Assembly (NCBI GenBank): GCA_041163625.1
Contig: JBEARB010000234.1
Location: forward strand, 1-61,075
Reading direction: 5' to 3'
Length of the DNA: 61,075 bases
From: Pseudomonadota bacterium
GTDB lineage: Bacteria; Myxococcota_A; UBA9042
The first letter of the stretch is position 1. Each line of letters opens with the position of its first letter. The position numbers and the translations under genes were made by a program. The notes under the pieces were generated by a model, which was not told where the DNA came from, ran no database searches, and saw only the letters and a list, made by a program, of their open reading frames with translations. Shown here piece by piece: positions 56,615 through 61,075 of the stretch.

Positions 56615-57220
56615 TCGCGGCTTTCGCGATGGCTTGCGTGGCGGCGACGCTGGCGCCCCCGCGCGGATCGTGCGGTCGAGCAGCGCGCGGACGGCGGCGT
56701 CGGGCTCGGCGCGACGCAGGCGTACCGCGGCGCGGCGGGCGACCGCCGGCGCAGGCAGCATCGCCAGGGCGCGTGCGATCGCGGCGCGCACTTCGAGCCG
56801 CTGCTTCGGATGCCAGTCGGCCAGGACACCGGCGATGCGCTCGGGTTGCCGCGCGCCCGGCCCGGCCGCGAGGGCGACCGCCAGCGTCGCGCGCAACGAC
56901 GGGTCGTTCAAATCGCGCAGGCCGAGCAGGATGGCCGTCGCCTGATCGTCACTGAGGCGGCTGAGCAGCGCGATGGCGCGATGTCGGGCGTAGCGGTGTT
57001 CGGCGGGGTCGCGGGCGACGGCGCCAAGTTCGTGGTGGACGTGCGCGCTGGCGCGGCGGAGCTGATCGGCGGTCGGGCTCGCGTCGGTCGCGTGCAGCCA
57101 GGCGCGCAGTGGCTTCGGTACGGTAACCGCGTCGGCTGCGCCGGTGAAAGCGACCATGAGGGCGGCAGTGGTGCCCCAGCCGGCGAGGCGGCGACCCAAT
57201 TTCCGGTGCGCGGCGATCAT
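56597..57220 (-). CDS. HEAT-repeat-like secreted protein
   Basis: Signal-like N-terminus; RxxAIxxL and DxxVR repeats. Confidence 0.6.
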   Translation of the reverse strand: MIAAHRKLGRRLAGWGTTAALMVAFTGAADAVTVPKPLRAWLHATDASPTADQLRRASAHVHHELGAVARDPAEHRYARHRAIALLSRLSDDQATAILLGLRDLNDPSLRATLAVALAAGPGARQPERIAGVLADWHPKQRLEVRAAIARALAMLPAPAVARRAAVRLRRAEPDAAVRALLDRTIRAGAPASPPRKPSRKPRSESKR

Positions 57221-57224
57221 CGAC

Positions 57225-58430
57225 CTACTCCGTGGGCTGCAGCGCCGGGCTGCGACGCAGGACCTGCGCCTGCTCGTGGCTGAGTGTGCGGTTGTTCTGG
57301 GTCACCGACCAGTGCATCAGGTTCTTCGGCGCCGGCACCGGCGTGTCGGGCAGCGGATCGGCGGTCGGCGCGGCGTTGCCGTTGGCGGCCTCGGTGGTGT
57401 GGAACAAGCCGAGGAAATGGCCGAGCTCGTGGGCCATCACGTGGCCGAGCAGGCCGTCGTCTTCGGTGCCGAGGCCCCAGGCGATGGCGATGCCGGCGCG
57501 CGCGTGGTCATGGCCGACGGGATCGCCCGGAATCCCGCCGGCGACGCCGAGCATCAGGTCCAGACCCGGGATGCCGCCGCCACCGAGCCAGATCTGCTCG
57601 ACCAGGAAGACGTTGATGCCGGGCTCGAAGCCGGCGCCGCTCGCCAACAGCTTCGCGAGGTCGCTGGTCGGCCCGTGCCGTGAGGTGACGAAGCGGAGGT
57701 TCGAGTCCACGTCGTAGTAGCGGATCGGACCCACCACCAAGCCCGCCGCGCCGAGCAACGCACCCACCTCCGCGAGCGCCGCCTGCAGGGCCGGGCTCTC
57801 CGGCGCCTTGGCGGCGTCCAAGCCTCCGGCGCCGGTCAGCGCGATGTTCAGGGGCAGGCGCCGCCGGTCGGGCGCAGGGCGGACCCGATGCAGCGTCACG
57901 GAGATCGGCACCGCCGCCGGCTTCTCGTCGCCTTCGACGACGCGAAACGCGAAGAAGCGGAGCCGGTGCGTACCCGGCTGCAGCGTGATCAGCGGCGTGT
58001 TGGGGGCCAGGAATGCCGCTACGCCGGGCTGCGCGAGCACGCGGTTGGCGCAGGGGCCGAGGCAGACCGACGCCGTCGCCGCGGTCTGCAACCAGGCCAC
58101 GGGGACCACGTCGATCGCCCCGGGTTGGTCCCACGCGGCGATCTGCAGCTCGACGTCCGGCTCGCTGCGCAGGACCACGGTGACCGCCGTCACGTCGGCC
58201 GGCAGCGCGAAGGTCAGCGGCTGCGAGAGCCCGTCGGCGGCGGTCTGCACGGTCCCGAGGTCGAGCGTCTCGACGGGCGGGCCCGTCGGTCCGGCGTCGG
58301 CGCCACCGTCTACGGATGCGTCGGTGACGGCGTCGACAGCGTCGACATCGCTCGCGACCGGATCCGTCCCACAGCCGAGCACACTCGCGAACAGCAGGAG
58401 GGAGAGCAACGTCTGGCGGGGAATTCGCAC
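57225..58430 (-). CDS. Metzincin (M43-like) zinc metalloprotease lipoprotein
   Basis: Lipobox VLGC; HELGHFLGLFH; Met-turn NLM; start approximate. Confidence 0.8.
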   Translation of the reverse strand: MRIPRQTLLSLLLFASVLGCGTDPVASDVDAVDAVTDASVDGGADAGPTGPPVETLDLGTVQTAADGLSQPLTFALPADVTAVTVVLRSEPDVELQIAAWDQPGAIDVVPVAWLQTAATASVCLGPCANRVLAQPGVAAFLAPNTPLITLQPGTHRLRFFAFRVVEGDEKPAAVPISVTLHRVRPAPDRRRLPLNIALTGAGGLDAAKAPESPALQAALAEVGALLGAAGLVVGPIRYYDVDSNLRFVTSRHGPTSDLAKLLASGAGFEPGINVFLVEQIWLGGGGIPGLDLMLGVAGGIPGDPVGHDHARAGIAIAWGLGTEDDGLLGHVMAHELGHFLGLFHTTEAANGNAAPTADPLPDTPVPAPKNLMHWSVTQNNRTLSHEQAQVLRRSPALQPTE

Positions 58431-58543
58431 GGCCCGAGCATGCCAATCGCACGTCGTGCGAGGAAGTCGGAATAGAACCTTTGCGACCCGCGTTGTGATG
58501 GTGAGGCTGGCGACCATGGTGGTCGGCAGCGGTCCCCCCAGAA

Positions 58544-58615
58544 CGGCGGCAGGCCGGTCTCGCTTTCGGCTCCCCTCCCCTCCTTCCACCCGCTCGCGAG
58601 ATCGGCCTGCCGCCG
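58544..58615. repeat. 20-bp inverted repeat with a 32-nt pyrimidine-rich loop in a divergent intergenic region
   Basis: CGGCGGCAGGCCGGTCTCGC (58544-58563) pairs with GCGAGATCGGCCTGCCGCCG (58596-58615), with one G-T pair. Confidence 0.8.
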
Positions 58616-58711
58616 CCCCCCACCCCGACATCGCCACCGCGCCCCGGCCCATCCCGGCCTTCTAGGACCGCCTTGCTTGTCGGCGGCGGCAAAACGGGGT
58701 ACGTCGACGCA

Positions 58712-59233
58712 ATGCGCGCGGCCGCTCCCACCCGCTTGGTGTCGTTGTTCTTGCTGGTCGGCAGCATGCTCGCCAGTACGGCGTACGCCGGCGACTACGA
58801 CCGCAACGAGGTCGCCGGTCGCTCGATCGGGTTGCTGGTCGGCTCGGCGCCCATCGACAATCGACCGCTGACCATCATGGTCCAGGGCGCGGCGCGCAAG
58901 CAGAACCGCTGGCTCACACTCGGCACGCAGATCGCGCTCGGTGCGCACTTCGACGGCCACGTCGTCGTCATGGCCGGCGGTGTCGCCGGCATCGAGAGCA
59001 CGTCGAGCGATTGGACGCTACTGCGCGGCTATCTCGAGCTCGGAGCCAACATCTTCTACGCCGGCAGCCGCCTCGGCGACACGCTCGTCTTCCATGTCGA
59101 AGGGGGGCTGCGCCTGAAGCTGCGCGCCTTCGCACGCCCGCACCTCTCACTGCAGCTCGGCCTACGCGGGATGAGCAACTTCAACAGGTTCGGCTGGCTG
59201 GTTCCAATCGGCCTGCACTGGACCTTCGATTGA
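58712..59233 (+). CDS. Small outer-membrane beta-barrel-like protein
   Basis: Signal peptide ending AYA; amphipathic strands; C-terminal IGLHWTFD. Confidence 0.6.
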   Translation: MRAAAPTRLVSLFLLVGSMLASTAYAGDYDRNEVAGRSIGLLVGSAPIDNRPLTIMVQGAARKQNRWLTLGTQIALGAHFDGHVVVMAGGVAGIESTSSDWTLLRGYLELGANIFYAGSRLGDTLVFHVEGGLRLKLRAFARPHLSLQLGLRGMSNFNRFGWLVPIGLHWTFD

Positions 59234-60381
59234 GCGAGCTGGCCCGCGAGCCCAAGAGTGTGATCAGTTCGCTGCTCGAGCGGCGGCGGGTGATCGTCGT
59301 GGTCGGCGCCGGAGGCGTCGGCAAGACCACGCTGTCGGCGGCGCTCGGCGTCGCCGCGGCGCGGCGTGGGCGGCGGGCGCTGGTGCTGACCGTCGATCCG
59401 GCGCGACGGCTCGCCAACGCGCTCGGCCTGCGCACGATCGACGAACACGTTCAGACGCTCTCGGCCGAGCAGCTGCAGAGCGCGGGCTGCCCGGCCCGGG
59501 TCGCGCTCGACGTCGCCATGCTCGACGTGAAGAGCACCTTCGACCGCGCTGTCCGCCGCTACGCCAGCTCGCCCGAGCGGGCCGAGGCGATCATGGCCAA
59601 CGCCTTCTACCAGACCGCCTCGACGGCACTCGCCGGATCGCAGGAATACATGGCGATGGTGCGGCTGTACGAGGTCGTCACCGAAGGCGACTACGACGTC
59701 GTCATCCTCGATACGCCGCCGTCGGCCCACGCGTTGGACTTCCTCGACGCGCCGCGCCGGATGATCGAGCTCTTCGACTCGCGCTCGTTCCGCTTGCTGC
59801 TGCGTCCGTTCTCGACCGGCGGCGCCGTCGCGCAAGGCTTGTTCTCGGCGAATTCGCTGGTGATGCGCGGCATCGGACGGTTCACGAGCGTCGAGGCCTT
59901 CCACGAGTTGCTCGGCTTCTTCGCGTCGTTCTCGGAGACCTTCGACGGCTTCGTGGAGCGGGCCCGAGACGTGATGGCGCTGCTGCGCGGCCCCTCGGCC
60001 AGCTTCGTGCTGGTCTCTGCGACCGACGAAGCCTCACGCGACGAGGGGCTCTTCCTCGACGCACGACTGCGGGACGAACAGATGGAGGCGGCCGTCTGGG
60101 TCACCAACCGTGTGACGACGATGTCGGCCGACTGTGGCCACGACGCCGAAGCGCTGGCCGCGGCGCTGCGCCCGAGCGTGGGTGCCGACGCAGCGGCGAT
60201 CGCGCAGGCCGCCACCGCGATGGCCGCCCTGGCCGAGCGGGATCGGGCCTTTCTCGACGGGCTCGCACGTCGATTGCCGGCGGGCGTCTCGTTGCTGCAG
60301 ATCCCTCGGCAAGCCGACGAACCCGCCGATCTGGGTGAGCTGCAGCGCCTCGCGACGGTGCTGCTCGGCGAGTCGACGTGA
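59230..60381 (+). CDS. ArsA/Get3-family ATPase
   Basis: GAGGVGKTT, TVDPARRLANALG, GSQEYMA, DTPPS..ALDFL, NRV; TTGA overlap. Confidence 0.88.
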   Translation: MSELAREPKSVISSLLERRRVIVVVGAGGVGKTTLSAALGVAAARRGRRALVLTVDPARRLANALGLRTIDEHVQTLSAEQLQSAGCPARVALDVAMLDVKSTFDRAVRRYASSPERAEAIMANAFYQTASTALAGSQEYMAMVRLYEVVTEGDYDVVILDTPPSAHALDFLDAPRRMIELFDSRSFRLLLRPFSTGGAVAQGLFSANSLVMRGIGRFTSVEAFHELLGFFASFSETFDGFVERARDVMALLRGPSASFVLVSATDEASRDEGLFLDARLRDEQMEAAVWVTNRVTTMSADCGHDAEALAAALRPSVGADAAAIAQAATAMAALAERDRAFLDGLARRLPAGVSLLQIPRQADEPADLGELQRLATVLLGEST

Positions 60382-61075
60382 ACCGGGAGCAGCGCCTCGG
60401 CTGGCTGGGCGCGGCGGGGTTGCTCGCGCTCGCGTCGGCTTTTGCGTGGCCGCTGCTGCGCGAAGGCGTCTACGTCGGCAACGGCACGGATCTGTTCAGC
60501 TACCAGCTGCCGACCCGGGCCTTGGTGCGTCGCTTGCTCCTGGCGGGGGAACTGCCCCTCTGGAACGACGGCGTGCTCGGCGGACTCCCGCTACACGGCG
60601 CCTGGCAGCTCGGCCTGCTCGATCCCGTCACGCTGCTGACCATCGCGCTGCCGCCCGAGCTCTCGACCGACCTCGACCGGGCGTTGCGGGGCGTGGTGCT
60701 CCTCACCGGCGGACTCGCGCTCGGAAACGTGGTCGCGGGCGTACGCGATGCGCGGGCGCTGCTGCAGCCCAGCGCAGCCGGATTGGCGTCCGCCGGCCTG
60801 CTCGGCGGCGCCGGCGTGACCTGGGGCCACGTGTACGCCGGGCACGTCAGCTTCCTCGCGGCGTGGTCCTACGCGCCGTGGTGGATCGCGGGGACGCTGT
60901 GGAGCGTTTCCGCCGGCCACGCTGCGGGCGCCCGCCTACGCGGCGCGCTGTGGGCGGGCGTAGCGCTCGGCCTGTGCCTGCTCGCCGGTCATCCGCAGGT
61001 GGTCTACGTCAGCGGCGTCGCGCTCGTCTTCGCTGCCGCAGCCCAAGCCCTGACCGGCGGCGGGGTGCGCGGCGC
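60378..61075 (+). CDS. YfhO-like GT-C membrane protein, 3' truncated
   Basis: Not in the ORF track (no stop in window): VNREQRLGW...DLFSYQLP...GELPLWN....GG.P...Q..LLDP, then TM helices and GHPQ. Confidence 0.75.
   Translation, partial: MNREQRLGWLGAAGLLALASAFAWPLLREGVYVGNGTDLFSYQLPTRALVRRLLLAGELPLWNDGVLGGLPLHGAWQLGLLDPVTLLTIALPPELSTDLDRALRGVVLLTGGLALGNVVAGVRDARALLQPSAAGLASAGLLGGAGVTWGHVYAGHVSFLAAWSYAPWWIAGTLWSVSAGHAAGARLRGALWAGVALGLCLLAGHPQVVYVSGVALVFAAAAQALTGGGVRG

Noticed and set aside
58544-58615. SRP RNA or tRNA
   Set aside because: It lacks the SRP domain IV motif and a cloverleaf/T-loop; kept only as an unexplained hairpin
59230-60381. Arsenic resistance ArsA
   Set aside because: Single domain, no arsB/arsC/arsD/arsR, no evident metalloid-binding Cys cluster

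Overview
Very GC-rich bacterial chromosomal segment whose gene content suggests an uncultured Myxococcota/deltaproteobacterial lineage (inference from Cys-rich CDDGNxCTxDxC lipoproteins, a Ser/Thr kinase + TPR-PEGA pair, an IgGFc-binding lipoprotein and several cNMP-domain proteins). About 48 coding regions, with both ends truncated. Metabolic and housekeeping genes: thyA-folA, gpmI, queD-like, thiolase, 3-hydroxyanthranilate dioxygenase, acyl-CoA dehydrogenase. A coupled NFG-amidohydrolase / C39-like peptidase / RimK-like ATP-grasp / GCS2-ligase operon follows a CARDB-repeat gene. No rRNA, tRNA, CRISPR, transposase or reverse transcriptase was recognised. Most notable: (1) three secreted proteins share an N-terminal domain resembling the 'YQG...PYA' fibre module, and two also share a long P-domain scaffold but carry unrelated C-terminal heads; one has an atypical-codon patch at the junction, the other follows a candidate anchor lipoprotein, and the third, small member lies in an envelope operon; (2) a 172-bp multi-hairpin CTAG-bounded MITE-like element (two full copies plus one end remnant), one copy inserted into the shared stop codons of convergent genes; (3) a localised 2.4-kb zone of frameshifted or deleted secreted-protein genes; (4) a probably inactive site-2-protease-like membrane protein fused to two cNMP domains. 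Family calls come from motif recognition, not database searches.
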